A stretch of 64,000 nt of DNA from Eledone cirrhosa (lineage: Eukaryota). The DNA is taken from contig OZ024741.1 in the NCBI GenBank assembly GCA_964016885.1, positions 180,916,001 through 180,980,000 of the forward strand, in the 5' to 3' direction. Under the pieces are notes generated by a model. The model was not told where the DNA came from. It did not search any database and saw only the letters and a list, made by a program, of their open reading frames with translations. This document shows positions 45,631 to 60,380 of the stretch, piece after piece. Numbering within the stretch: position 1 is the first letter of the stretch; each line of letters starts with the position of its first letter. The position numbers and the translations under genes are program-made.

Positions 45631-47398
45631 TTAATATACATTATGTCAACACCACAATATGACATACACACACACACACATAACACCTTCTACTTTAGAA
45701 ATAAAAACCCGAACTAAATAAACCTTAACATACGTTTGCACTGGCAATACAACAGCAAACACGAAAAAGTCAGGAAAATATGTTCATTCAAAAATATTCC
45801 TACTAAAGGAATCACTTTCCTACACACACACATATACACACACACACAATATATATATATATATCTCTTCATCTTAACATGTTAACCATACTCCCACACA
45901 CATAACACCCATACACACACATAACAACCCCCACACCTACAACACCCTCCCCATTTCTACTAATAGAACCACTTTCCTACACACATATATATATACACAC
46001 ACACAAAATATATATTCTCTCCATCTTAACATACTCGCACACACACACATAACACCCATATACACACACACACAACTCCCTCCCCCATCTCTACTAATAG
46101 AATCATCTTCCAATACACACATACACACACACACACACATACACACACACAAGCACACAAATAAACACATATCTTCAGTCTCAATAGAAAATCTGAACTC
46201 TGACACCTGAACTCTGACAGCTGGCCATATTCACTGAACCAGAACATTTCTCCCAATCCCTTTTCCCTTGACCACTATCTCTCCATTGTCATAACATTCA
46301 CTATAAAGACTACAGAATAGTTTTCCAAATAAGGGCGCAAAAATGTAATGAAAACTTGTTCACGTGACAGCCAAATTTCATTTATAACCAACCAAAAAAA
46401 AGCCTTCGTGAGCCTCCTTTTTTCAAGTAAAAGAAATTCAAACACTCATATATGAAAAAACAACCTGTGACAACCCCCCACTCTCTCTTATTTGAAGAAC
46501 TATTGTAACGCGAACAGGCGCGAAATTTATTATAATTATTGACAAACCAATCAAATTACTTCTCGAAAAACCTGGCTTTCGAGCCACTTTTTCCATATAA
46601 AACAAGTAACATTCAGAGACCAACCAGATGTGAGAAAAACCACAGACCCTCCATCTCAACTCACCTTTTGAAAAGCAGAAGAACTGCGAAACCGGTAAAG
46701 GAACCAAATAAATATATATATTTATAAAAAAATAAGACTTCAGTTGCATTTTCGATTTCATCTCTTTTTCTTTATACTTCCACTCGTGTAGGACACCTCG
46801 GTTATTTTTCATTTTGTAAAAAAAACCTCACTTTCTAATATACATATATATATATATATATATGTAGATAAATCTACCAAGAGTTTACGGTAGTGTCCAA
46901 TCCGTATGAAGAACTCAATGTATTCCGGATATCATGGAAAGAAGAGATGTAATGAAAATCCACTTTCGGTGAAAAATAAACGGTATACAGAGTCAAGATA
47001 AAATATTAAACAAATAATGAATAAACAATTCCTTATATTAAACAAAAAAAGTTCATTATTTAACGATCGTTTCTAGGGTATATATGTGTTATAATTGGTA
47101 TGCATATTCAACAGATCTATGTACAAAATTATACAAAATTATACAAATTATCAAGATTAAATATACATACCTAACACATATATACGCCGTCTTCAGAAAT
47201 AATTATTTCTGAAGACGGCGTATATATGTGTTAGGTATGTATATTTAATCTTGATAATTTGTATAATTTTGTATAATTTTGTACATAGATCTGTTGAATA
47301 TGCATACCAATTATAACACATATATACCCTAGAAACGATCGTTAAATAATGAACTTTTTTTGTTTAATATAAGGAATTGTTTATTCATTATTTGTTTA

Positions 47399-47452
<54 letters not shown>

Positions 47453-47888
47453 CATATACACATATATATATATACATATATATATATATACATATATATA
47501 CATATATATATATATATATACATATATATATACATATATATTGTTATACTTTGGGAGGTTCATGTTGCCAATAAGAAACACACGCACCAGTTGCTTTCAC
47601 TTCAATTTATTATATATTTATAAATTTATAAATTTATAAATTTCTGGTTGGTTGGTTGGCTCCACAATCAGATAGTTGTTTATATATAGTCATTATAAAT
47701 TTATAAATATATAATAAATTGAAGTGAAAGCAACTGGTGCGTGTGTTTCTTATTGGCAACACGACCCTCCCAAGGTATAACAATATCGGTTTCAACACAC
47801 GATTTCAGATAAAGAATCTTGTTAAACAAATTCAGAAACGAAATATATATATATATACATATATGTATATACATATACATATATATAC

Positions 47889-47920
<32 letters not shown>

Positions 47921-47922
47921 AC

Positions 47923-47971
<49 letters not shown>

Positions 47972-48016
47972 CATATACATATATATACATATATATATAT
48001 ATATACATATATATAC

Positions 48017-48050
<34 letters not shown>

Positions 48051-48064
48051 ATACATATATATAC

Positions 48065-48142
<78 letters not shown>

Positions 48143-48211
48143 ATATACACATATGACATATATATATATACACATATACATATATATATATACACATATA
48201 CATATATATAC

Positions 48212-48280
<69 letters not shown>

Positions 48281-48665
48281 CATATATATATACATATACA
48301 TATATATATATACATATACATATATATACATACATATACATATATATACATATACATATATATATATACATATACATATATATATATACATATACATATA
48401 TATACATATACATATATATACATATATATATATTATACATATACATATACATATATATATATATATATACATATATATATACATATACATATATATACAT
48501 ACATATACATATATATACATATATATATATATACATACATATACATATATATACATATATATATATTATACATATACATATACATATACATATATATATA
48601 TATATATACATATATATACATATATATATATACATGTATATATATATATATACATATATATATAC

Positions 48666-48752
<87 letters not shown>

Positions 48753-48809
48753 TATACATATATATATATACATATATATATATACATATATATACATATA
48801 TATATATAC

Positions 48810-48844
<35 letters not shown>

Positions 48845-48917
48845 CATATATATATACATATATATATATATATACATATATACATATATATACATATATA
48901 TATATACATATATATAC

Positions 48918-48950
<33 letters not shown>

Positions 48951-49258
48951 CATATACATATATTATACATATATATATACATATACATATATATATACAT
49001 ATATATATACATATACATATATATATATATACATATATACACATATATATACATATATATATATACATATACATATATATATATATACATATATACACAT
49101 ATATATACATATATATATACATATACATATATATATATATACATATATACACAAATATATATATATACATATATATATATATACATACACATATATATAT
49201 ATACATATATACACACATATATATATATATACATATATATATATACATATATACACAC

Positions 49259-49289
<31 letters not shown>

Positions 49290-49296
49290 CATATAT

Positions 49297-49373
<77 letters not shown>

Positions 49374-49418
49374 CATATATACACATATATATATACATAT
49401 ATATATAAATACATATAT

Positions 49419-49455
<37 letters not shown>

Positions 49456-49791
49456 GATAAATCTACCAAGAGTTTACGGTAGTGTCCAATCCGTATGAAG
49501 AACTCAATGTATTCCGGATATCATGGAAAGAAGAGATGTAATGAAAAATCACTTTCGGTGAAAGATAAACGGTATACAGAGTCAAGATAAAATATTAAAC
49601 AAATAATGAATAAAACAATGAAACAGTTCCTTATATTAAACAAAAAAAGTTCATTATTTAACGATCGAAAATATATATGTGTATGTGTGTTTTTTGTGTG
49701 TGTGTATATATATGTATGTATATATGTGTGTATGTGTGTGTTTGTATGTGTGTTTATGGTTGTATGTGTGTGTGGGTGTATATATATAAAT

Positions 49792-49825
<34 letters not shown>

Positions 49826-50066
49826 TTGTGTATATGTATCTCTATTAATGTGTGTATATATGTATATGTATATACCTTTTTCTTTGTATGTCTGAGTTGT
49901 GTGAGAGTGTAGTGGTGTTTGTATGTATATACGCATATATGGATGCGTATGTATTTGTATATATGAGTATATGTAAGTGCGTATGTATGTATGAATATAT
50001 ATCTATATCTATGTATGAGTATATATGTGTGTGTATGTATGTTGTGTGTGTATGTATGTATGTGTC

Positions 50067-50097
<31 letters not shown>

Positions 50098-50383
50098 GTG
50101 TGTATATGTATGTATGTGTATGTATGTACATATATGTCTGTGTATATGTGTATGTATATATATATATATGTATAAATATATATATATATATCTTTATTTT
50201 ATATATATGTGTGTGTGTGTATGTGTGTGTGTGTATATATATATTTATATATGTGTATGTGTATGTTCGTGTAGGTGTATGTGTGTGTATGACTATATAT
50301 GTATGTGTGTATGTGTGTATGTATGTATATGTATGTGTGTGTACATGTATGTATGTGGATGTATATATATGTGTGTATATGTG

Positions 50384-50420
<37 letters not shown>

Positions 50421-50849
50421 ATATATATATATATATCTATATGTATCTCTATTTGTATATGTATAGGTGTATAGGTATATACCTTTTTCTTTGTATGTCT
50501 GAGTTGTGTGAGAGTGTAGTGGTGTTTGTATGTATATACCGATATATGGATGCGTAAGTATTTGTGTGTATGTATGTATGTATGTCTGTATGTATTTGTG
50601 TGTATATATAGGTATGTATGTGTATATCTGTATGTATATAAGTATGTATGTGTATGTATATGTGCGTGTATGTGTATATATATATGTGTGTCTATATATG
50701 TATGAGTGATTATATGTATATATATGTGTGTATATATATGTATATATATATATATTTATATGTATGTGTGTATATGTGTGTATGTGTGTATATGTATATG
50801 TTTATATATGTGTGTGTATGTATGTTCTAAGTGTAGATGTGTGTATGTG

Positions 50850-50906
<57 letters not shown>

Positions 50907-51554
50907 ATATATATATATGTATATATATATATTTTCTTGATATACTTCTTTTTTCTTTTTTCTTTTTCTTTTCTTTCCTTTTTAATTTTTATTTTTTATT
51001 TCTTAGTTTATAGATACATCTATAAATAAGCAGTCTGCCCAAACCGTTGAATACTGACCTCTCCCCCCCCCTCCCACCTAATTTCTGTATCTTGATCTAA
51101 ATGTGTGTGGCAGTGTTTATGTGAGTGAATTAATATCCATGTGCTTATGATAATATTATATCCACATATATATATGTGTGTGGGGGTGTGTGTGTGTATG
51201 TATGTTCGTAATTATGTGTATGTTTATGCATATACGCGCGCGTGTGTGTGATTGTACGGATATGTGTGAGTATGAGAATATGTGTATACACTTATTTCAT
51301 ATTTATGTGTCTATACGCATCTTATCTGTGCATTATAAACTTACAGAGACATTAACCTTGAAATTTTGTATTTGCATGCATCTTTTTGATATGCGTATGC
51401 ATGTTGAGCATACATTTTTGTATAGATATGTGTACGGGGAGTTACATGTATATACACACACCGAATTGCATAAAACCTTTTGTATTTTCATTGGTCAATT
51501 TTGTTCCCAAACGGACCTGAAATTTTGAATTGTTGTTATTATCAATAAATATAT

Positions 51555-51708
51555 TTCATTATTTCTGAAGACGGCGTATATATGTGTTGGTATGTATATT
51601 TAATATTGATAGTTTGTATAATTTTGTATAATTTTGTACATAGATCTGTTGAATATGCATGCCAATTCTAACACATATATATCCTAGAAACGATCGTTAA
51701 ATAATGAA
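51555..51708 (+). ncRNA. Type I hammerhead with ~115-nt stem II (related copies at 47203-47350 on + and mirrored on -)
   Basis: TTCATTATTT-CTGAAGA-...-GAAA-CGATCG-TT-AAATAATGAA, giving a perfect 10-bp stem I and palindrome AACGATCGTT. Confidence 0.75.
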
Positions 51709-52117
51709 CTTTTTTTGTTTAATATAAGGAACTGTTTCATTGTTTTATTCATTATTTGTTTAATATTTTATATATATATATACATATATACATATATATA
51801 TATATACATATATACATATATATATATATATACATATATACATATATATATATATATACATATATACACACATATATATATGTATACATATATACACACA
51901 TATATATATACATATATACATATATATATATATACATATATACACATATATATATATACATATATACACATATATATATATACATATATACACACATATA
52001 TATATATATACATATATACACATATATATATACATATACATATATATATATATACATATATACACACATATATATATATATACATATATACACACATATA
52101 TATATATATACATATAT

Positions 52118-52158
<41 letters not shown>

Positions 52159-52193
52159 TACACACATATATATATATATACATATATACACAC

Positions 52194-52226
<33 letters not shown>

Positions 52227-52231
52227 CACAC

Positions 52232-52306
<75 letters not shown>

Positions 52307-52395
52307 TACATATATACACACATATATATATATATATATACATATATATATACATATACACATATATATATATACATATATATATATACATATAT

Positions 52396-52456
<61 letters not shown>

Positions 52457-52539
52457 CATATATACACATATATATATATACATATATATATATATACATA
52501 TATACATATATATACATATATACACATATATACATATAT

Positions 52540-52602
<63 letters not shown>

Positions 52603-52622
52603 TACATATATATATACTACAC

Positions 52623-52763
<141 letters not shown>

Positions 52764-52788
52764 TACACATATATATATATATATACAC

Positions 52789-52823
<35 letters not shown>

Positions 52824-53006
52824 CACATATATATATATATATACACATATATATATATATATACACATATATATATATATATATACATATATATACATAT
52901 ATACACATATATATATATATATACATATATACATATATATATACATATATATATGTATATACATATATACATATATACACATATATACATATATACACAC
53001 ATATAT

Positions 53007-53039
<33 letters not shown>

Positions 53040-53051
53040 TATATATATACA

Positions 53052-53099
<48 letters not shown>

Positions 53100-53104
53100 T
53101 ACAC

Positions 53105-53135
<31 letters not shown>

Positions 53136-53146
53136 CATATATACAC

Positions 53147-53179
<33 letters not shown>

Positions 53180-53508
53180 CATACATATATATATATATAC
53201 ATACATATATATACATATATATATATACATATATACACATATATATATATACATATATATATATACATATATACACATATATATATATACATATATATAT
53301 ATACATATATATATATACATATATATATATACATATATACACATATATATATATACATATATATATATACATATATACACATATATATATACATATATAC
53401 ACATATATATATATACATATATACACATATATATATATACATATATATATATACATACACATATATATATACATATATACACATATATATATATACATAT
53501 ATACACAC

Positions 53509-53579
<71 letters not shown>

Positions 53580-53582
53580 CAC

Positions 53583-53635
<53 letters not shown>

Positions 53636-53638
53636 CAC

Positions 53639-53677
<39 letters not shown>

Positions 53678-53754
53678 CACATATATATATATATATACAT
53701 ATATATACATATATACACATATATATATATATACATATATACATATATATATAC

Positions 53755-53789
<35 letters not shown>

Positions 53790-53930
53790 CATATATACGT
53801 ATATATATACATATATACATATATATATACATATATATATATATATACATATATACATATATACATATATATACATATATATATATATATACATATATAC
53901 ATATATACACATATATACATATATACACAC

Positions 53931-53965
<35 letters not shown>

Positions 53966-53986
53966 CATATATACATATATACACAC

Positions 53987-54021
<35 letters not shown>

Positions 54022-54084
54022 CATACATATATACACATATATATATATACATATATACACATATATATATATACATATATACAC

Positions 54085-54147
<63 letters not shown>

Positions 54148-54258
54148 CATATATATATATACATATATATATATACATATATATATATACATATATACAC
54201 ATATATATATATACATATATACACATATATATATATACATATATATATATACATATAT

Positions 54259-54372
<114 letters not shown>

Positions 54373-54399
54373 CATATAGATATATATATATATATACAC

Positions 54400-54516
<117 letters not shown>

Positions 54517-54783
54517 TATATATATATACATATATATACATATATACACATATATATATATATATACATATATACATATATATATACACATATATATATA
54601 TATATACATATATACATATATACATATATATACATATATATATATATATACATATATACATATATATACATATATATATATATACATATATATACATATA
54701 TATATATATATATACATATATACATATATATACATATATACATATATATACATATATACATATATATACATATATATATATAT

Positions 54784-54864
<81 letters not shown>

Positions 54865-54977
54865 CATATATATACATATATATATACACATATATATACA
54901 TATATATACATATATATATACACATATATATACATATATATACATATATATATACACATATATATACATATATATAC

Positions 54978-55008
<31 letters not shown>

Positions 55009-55129
55009 CATATATATATACATATATATATATACATATATATATACATATATATACATATATATATACATATATATATACATATATATATACATATATA
55101 TATACATATATATATACATATATATATAC

Positions 55130-55180
<51 letters not shown>

Positions 55181-55187
55181 CATATAT

Positions 55188-55222
<35 letters not shown>

Positions 55223-55315
55223 CATACATATATATATATATATACATACATATATATATATATATACATACATATATATATATATATACATACATATATA
55301 TATATATACATACAT

Positions 55316-55351
<36 letters not shown>

Positions 55352-55853
55352 ATTAAGTTAAAAGTGTACATCCACATATGTATACTGAAATACTAGTATG
55401 CATATAAATACACACACGTATACATATGTACATGGACACTTTACTCTGGAGAATAGAGGAAAGGTGTTTCCTCGAAAACCAGTATGACTCTAAAAACCGG
55501 TTTGTCTGTGTGTTTACATACGGACTAGCTGAACACTCACAGTAAAGTGTCCAGTGAAAAGCTCGGTACATGTACATATGTATACGTGTGTGTATTTATA
55601 TGCATACTAGTATTTCAGTATACATATGTGGATGTACACTTTTTACTTAATTGTTTAAGCGTCAGTCATACAAAAGTGAGTTACAAACGAAACGAAATTT
55701 AATTTCGTTTCGTTATTTGTTTTTATCGTTTCCGCTGATCCGGTACGTACTCACGCTCTATGCAAATTAGTCTGCCCACTACTAATTTTCATAGAAAAAG
55801 CATATAACGATATGTGCTTTTAGGATTCTCTAGAGAGGCCGGAGGATGGGTAT

Positions 55854-55896
55854 ATATTGCTGATGAGATGTAATAACATCGAAACTAGTCCAATAT
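55854..55896 (+). ncRNA. Minimal type I hammerhead ribozyme
   Basis: ATATTG-CTGATGA-GATGT(AATA)ACATC-GAAA-CTAG-TC-CAATAT, with palindromic ACTAGT stem III and a GUC site. Confidence 0.92.
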
Positions 55897-56318
55897 TCCT
55901 GTCTGGCTCTCTGGAGAATAGAGGAAAGGTGTTTCCTCGAAAACCAGTATGACTCTAAAAACCGGTTTGTCTGTGTGTTTACATACGGACTAGCTGAACA
56001 CTCACAGTAAAGTGTCCAGTGAAAAGCTCGGTACATGTACATATGTATACGTGTGTGTATTTATATGCATACTAGTATTTCAGTATACATATGTGGATGT
56101 ACACTTTTAACTTAATTGTTTAAGCGTCAGTCATACAAAAGTGAGTTACAAACGAAACGAAATTTAATTTCGTTTCGTTATTTGTTTTTATCGTTTCCGC
56201 TGATCCGGTACGTACTCACGCTCTATGCAAATTAGTCTGCCCACTACTAATTTTCATAGAAAAAGCATATAACGATATGTGCTTTTAGGATTCTCTAGAG
56301 AGGCCGGAGGATGGGTAT

Positions 56319-56361
56319 ATATTGCTGATGAGATGTAATAACATCGAAACTAGTCCAATAT
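56319..56361 (+). ncRNA. Minimal type I hammerhead ribozyme, second copy
   Basis: Same sequence as 55854-55896, +465 bp. Confidence 0.92.
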
Positions 56362-56672
56362 TCCTGTCTGGCTCTCTGGAGAATAGAGGAAAGGTGTTTC
56401 CTCGAAAACCAGTATGACTCTAAAAACCGGTTTGTCTGTGTGTTTACATACGGACTAGCTGAACACTCATAGTAAAGTGTCCAGTGAAAAGCTCGGTACA
56501 TGTACATATGTATACGTGTGTGTATTTATATGCATACTAGTATTTCAGTATACATATGTGGATGTACACTTTTAACTTAATTGTTTAAGCGTCAGTCATA
56601 CAAAAGTGAGTTACAAACGAAACGAAATTTAATTTCGTTTCGTTATTTGTTTTTATATATATATATATATAT

Positions 56673-56872
56673 NNNNNNNNNNNNNNNNNNNNNNNNNNNN
56701 NNNNNNNNNNNNNNNNNNNNNNNNNNNNNNNNNNNNNNNNNNNNNNNNNNNNNNNNNNNNNNNNNNNNNNNNNNNNNNNNNNNNNNNNNNNNNNNNNNNN
56801 NNNNNNNNNNNNNNNNNNNNNNNNNNNNNNNNNNNNNNNNNNNNNNNNNNNNNNNNNNNNNNNNNNNNNNNN
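56673..56872. other. Assembly gap (200 N)
   Basis: Run of N. Confidence 1.
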
Positions 56873-57064
56873 CATCCTTTAAGGCCTCCATGCTTCCCGA
56901 GATTCGCCAACACTACACCTAATGTCGCCCCCTCCCTGCCTCATACACACATATATATCATGACTCATACACTATTCACTTCCCTGACATTTGTGTTTTA
57001 TTCTATGTACTATACATGCACCTTTGACGAGTTGTAGTGCACCTGAGCACTTTACACAATAATT

Positions 57065-57098
<34 letters not shown>

Positions 57099-57543
57099 AA
57101 TTAACCGTGAGAGACACTAAAGACACACACACAAATCTCAATTTGCGTTATTCATCGATCTGCTGGAAACAACGTTGATATTTGTCTCAACTAACAGCCT
57201 CTCTCCTGGAAGAAGGAAAAAACGGTGATAAATACTTTTCTGCAAGTTTGTGTTAGTAGTTAATGCTAACACCAAATGTTGAATTATTTCCCTTGATTAA
57301 TACAAGATAGTAGATTTGAAGGCGTAAGTAAAGATAGTTTAGTTGTTAAATTGATAAAGTTTGTATAAAGAAGAATAACTTTGAAAGTAAAGAGTAGTGA
57401 ATAAGTGTATAAATAAAATAATTTGCAAGTTGTATTGTTTTTTGTATTGTGGAATTAAATTTTCAGTAGTTGCTGATGGTATAAAGTCAGTAGATCTTTT
57501 GTAAGTATAATGTTATATGAAGAAAGTGATTATGGTGTCTAGC

Positions 57544-57706
57544 ATACTTACCTGGCACAGGGGTTAACCATGATCCGCTAGGTGGTTCTCCCAGAGTGAG
57601 GCTCTTCCATTGCACTGCGGTTGGGTTGACCTTTGCGATCGCCCCAAATGTGGGCGACTCGGGTGCGCTATTTCTAAGTGTGGGGTCTGCGTTCGCGCTC
57701 ACCCCG
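57544..57706 (+). ncRNA. U1: U1 snRNA gene (variant), copy 1
   Basis: Starts ATACTTACCTGG (5' splice-site recognition end). Loop II is ATTGCAC (U1A site), loop III is CAAATGT, and SL IV is GGGGTCTGCGTTCGCGCTCACCCC. 163 nt long, and the helices pair (GCAC/GTGC, AACCAT/GTGGTT, TCGCCC/GGGCGA). Confidence 0.96.
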
Positions 57707-57710
57707 TAAA

Positions 57711-57727
57711 ATAATCAAAAAGACAGA
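57711..57727 (+). terminator. Putative snRNA 3' box (also at the same offset after copies 2 and 3)
   Basis: AAAGACAGA 12 nt after the U1 3' end matches the AAARNNAGA half of the metazoan 3'-box consensus; the GTTT half is absent. Confidence 0.5.
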
Positions 57728-58915
57728 CTTTTTACCATTATTAAATTATAATTATCTTTCTCTATTCTTTCACACAATCAACTTTACACATTCTCTCATA
57801 CAACCTAACTTTTCAGATTTATTTCTTTTACAAACTCCCTCATACAACCTTTTCCTATTCATGCAATCCTCACCTAACTCTTCTCTGCACTCTCAACTCT
57901 TGCCCACGCCGGCATATCATATACTAGCACACCATTTCACCGGCTCTTGCCTACCTCTTCCAACACACATGCATCGTCCCTTCTATTTTCAATTAACAAC
58001 AACTACCTTCATTCTATTTCAATTCAGCCGCAATCACTCTTACCTTTCACACTTCTCTTCCAACATACACCCAACCGTCTATCGTGTATCTGAGTAATTA
58101 ACCTCATAGAAACAACACTTAAATTTACCTCCTCTCACACATAACCTACATTATATGGAGAAAGATATCTGCCATTTTCACTCTTAGTATATCTTTCATC
58201 ATACCACTGGCCAGCTAAATCATAACTTCCATCTTCCGACGGAGAAGACGCTCCTATCAGAAGAAATCATCAGGCTAGATCCAGAAACGATCTTATCTTA
58301 TTTGTCGTCTAACCTTCGGTCTCACGCCAGTTGGATTTACCCGTATTATCTCTCTAGTCATTCTTTTCTTATACATTCTAAACACACCTTCCTACTACCA
58401 GAGTGGTGATCTTCCGATTCAGAAAATTCGCTGCTCTACCTGTACCCACTCCCTCATCTCCAAGCTACACATCCAATCGACCAAGCTTATTCCAAACGCT
58501 TGTAAATCTACATTTACAAATCAATACAACAAACAATTTACTTCAGCGAACACACACAGACATATATTACTAGCAAATCACTTATATATGGAACTTGTGA
58601 GCATGTGATATCTCTAAAAGGTCGCATCTTGAACTCAATCAAACAATCTAGCCTATACTAATATGGAAAGAGGACGTGCAATGATGATATGGATTTTTAG
58701 GCTTTTCTTAAGCACAGAGATTGTTTTAGTGTCACTTGCATTTAAAATTTAATTATCTTTATTATCCACTTCTCAGTAGTGAGAACTTGATAAATATTTA
58801 TTACAACAGTTAAACCAACTTCATTAAAGTATTATGTTGCTGTAGGTGTGTGTATAACATGCAACTAGATAAACTCTGATATAGTAGATAGATTCTTGTG
58901 AAATATCTATATACA

Positions 58916-59737
58916 AGTGCACCACCATGCATTTTGGGAGTAAAAACCCAGCGTCCACATACTCCCTCCACAGCACTAATATCAAGAAGTCTTCTTGTGA
59001 ACGTGACCTGGACATTGCGGTCAGCAGCGATTTGCGTTGGACGAAGCACGTCTCTAAAATTGTCAAGAGGGCCGAGGGTGTCTTAACATCACTCAGTAAG
59101 ACCTTTGTCAGCCGCTCTCCTGCTATCTATTTAAGGCTGTACATGGCTATGGTGCGGCCACACTTAGAATTTGCATCACCAGTCTGGGACCCCTAGCTTG
59201 CTCAGAACATTGACCGCCTGGAAACTGTTCAGAGACGTGCAACCAAGCGAATACCCTCCATCAGGCATCTACCATACTCTGAGCGCCTTGCTTCCCTGGG
59301 CATGGATACATTGAAGCTCCGACGCCTGGCAACTGACTTGGTAAACACCGACAAAATTGTTAACCATCTTGCCAACAACAACCCTGAGTAGCTTTTTGAT
59401 TTCCATGTGTCTAACACACGTGGGCATGCCCACAAAGTCTGAAAACAGTACAGTTCCCATGACTTTCGGAAACATTTTTTCACGCTCAGAGTTGCTGAAG
59501 CATGTAAAAAACTACCTGCATCGGTTGTTAGCTGTCGAGACACTGCATCCTTTAAGGCCTCCATGCTTCCCGAGATTCGCCAACACTACACCTAATGTCG
59601 CCCCCTCCCTGCCTCATACACACATATATATCATGACTCATACACTATTCACTTCCCTGACATTTGTGTTTTATTCTATGTACTATACATGCACCTTTGA
59701 CGAGTTGTAGTGCACCTGAGCACTTTACACAATAATT

Positions 59738-59768
<31 letters not shown>
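58916..59768 (+). mobile_element. 5'-truncated CR1/L2-group LINE 3' end inside the U1 unit
   Basis: KCTTMHFG...ERDLDIAVSSDLRW...LYMAMVRPHLEFASPVWDP*LAQNIDRLETVQRRATK is the CR1-type ORF2 C-terminus. It has in-frame stops and ends in an (ATT)n tail. Confidence 0.88.
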
Positions 59769-59771
<3 letters not shown>

Positions 59772-60217
59772 AATTAACCGTGAGAGACACTAAAGACACA
59801 CACACAAATCTCAATTTGCGTTATTCATCGATCTGCTGGAAACAACGTTGATATTTGTCTCAACTAACAGCCTCTCTCCTGGAAGAAGGAAAAAAACGGT
59901 GATAAATACTTTTCTGCAAGTTTGTGTTAGTAGTTAATGCTAACACCAAATGTTGAATTATTTCCCTTGATTAATACAAGATAGTAGATTTGAAGGCGTA
60001 AGTAAAGATAGTTTAGTTGTTAAATTGATAAAGTTTGTATAAAGAAGAATAACTTTGAAAGTAAAGAGTAGTGAATAAGTGTATAAATAAAATAATTTGC
60101 AAGTTGTATTGTTTTTTGTATTGTGGAATTAAATTTTCAGTAGTTGCTGATGGTATAAAGTCAGTAGATCTTTTGTAAGTATAATGTTATATGAAGAAAG
60201 TGATTATGGTGTCTAGC

Positions 60218-60380
60218 ATACTTACCTGGCACAGGGGTTAACCATGATCCGCTAGGTGGTTCTCCCAGAGTGAGGCTCTTCCATTGCACTGCGGTTGGGT
60301 TGACCTTTGCGATCGCCCCAAATGTGGGCGACTCGGGTGCGCTATTTCTAAGTGTGGGGTCTGCGTTCGCGCTCACCCCG
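60218..60380 (+). ncRNA. U1: U1 snRNA gene (variant), copy 2
   Basis: Same sequence as copy 1, 2674 bp downstream. Confidence 0.96.

Larger units (their letters stand above)
55351..56654 (+). repeat. Tandem 465-bp hammerhead-containing repeat (~2.6 copies) with an inverted 5' segment
   Basis: 55445-55909 recurs at +465 and partly at +930. 55351-55434 is the reverse complement of an internal part of the unit. Confidence 0.93.

Noticed and set aside
47785-47845. Minus-strand CTGA...GAAA motif
   Set aside because: Core CUGANGA is not intact and the helices do not close properly.
57487-58097. Repeated 71-aa and 139-aa ORFs in the U1 unit
   Set aside because: One is antisense to U1 and the other is low-complexity spacer; recurrence only reflects the tandem repeat.
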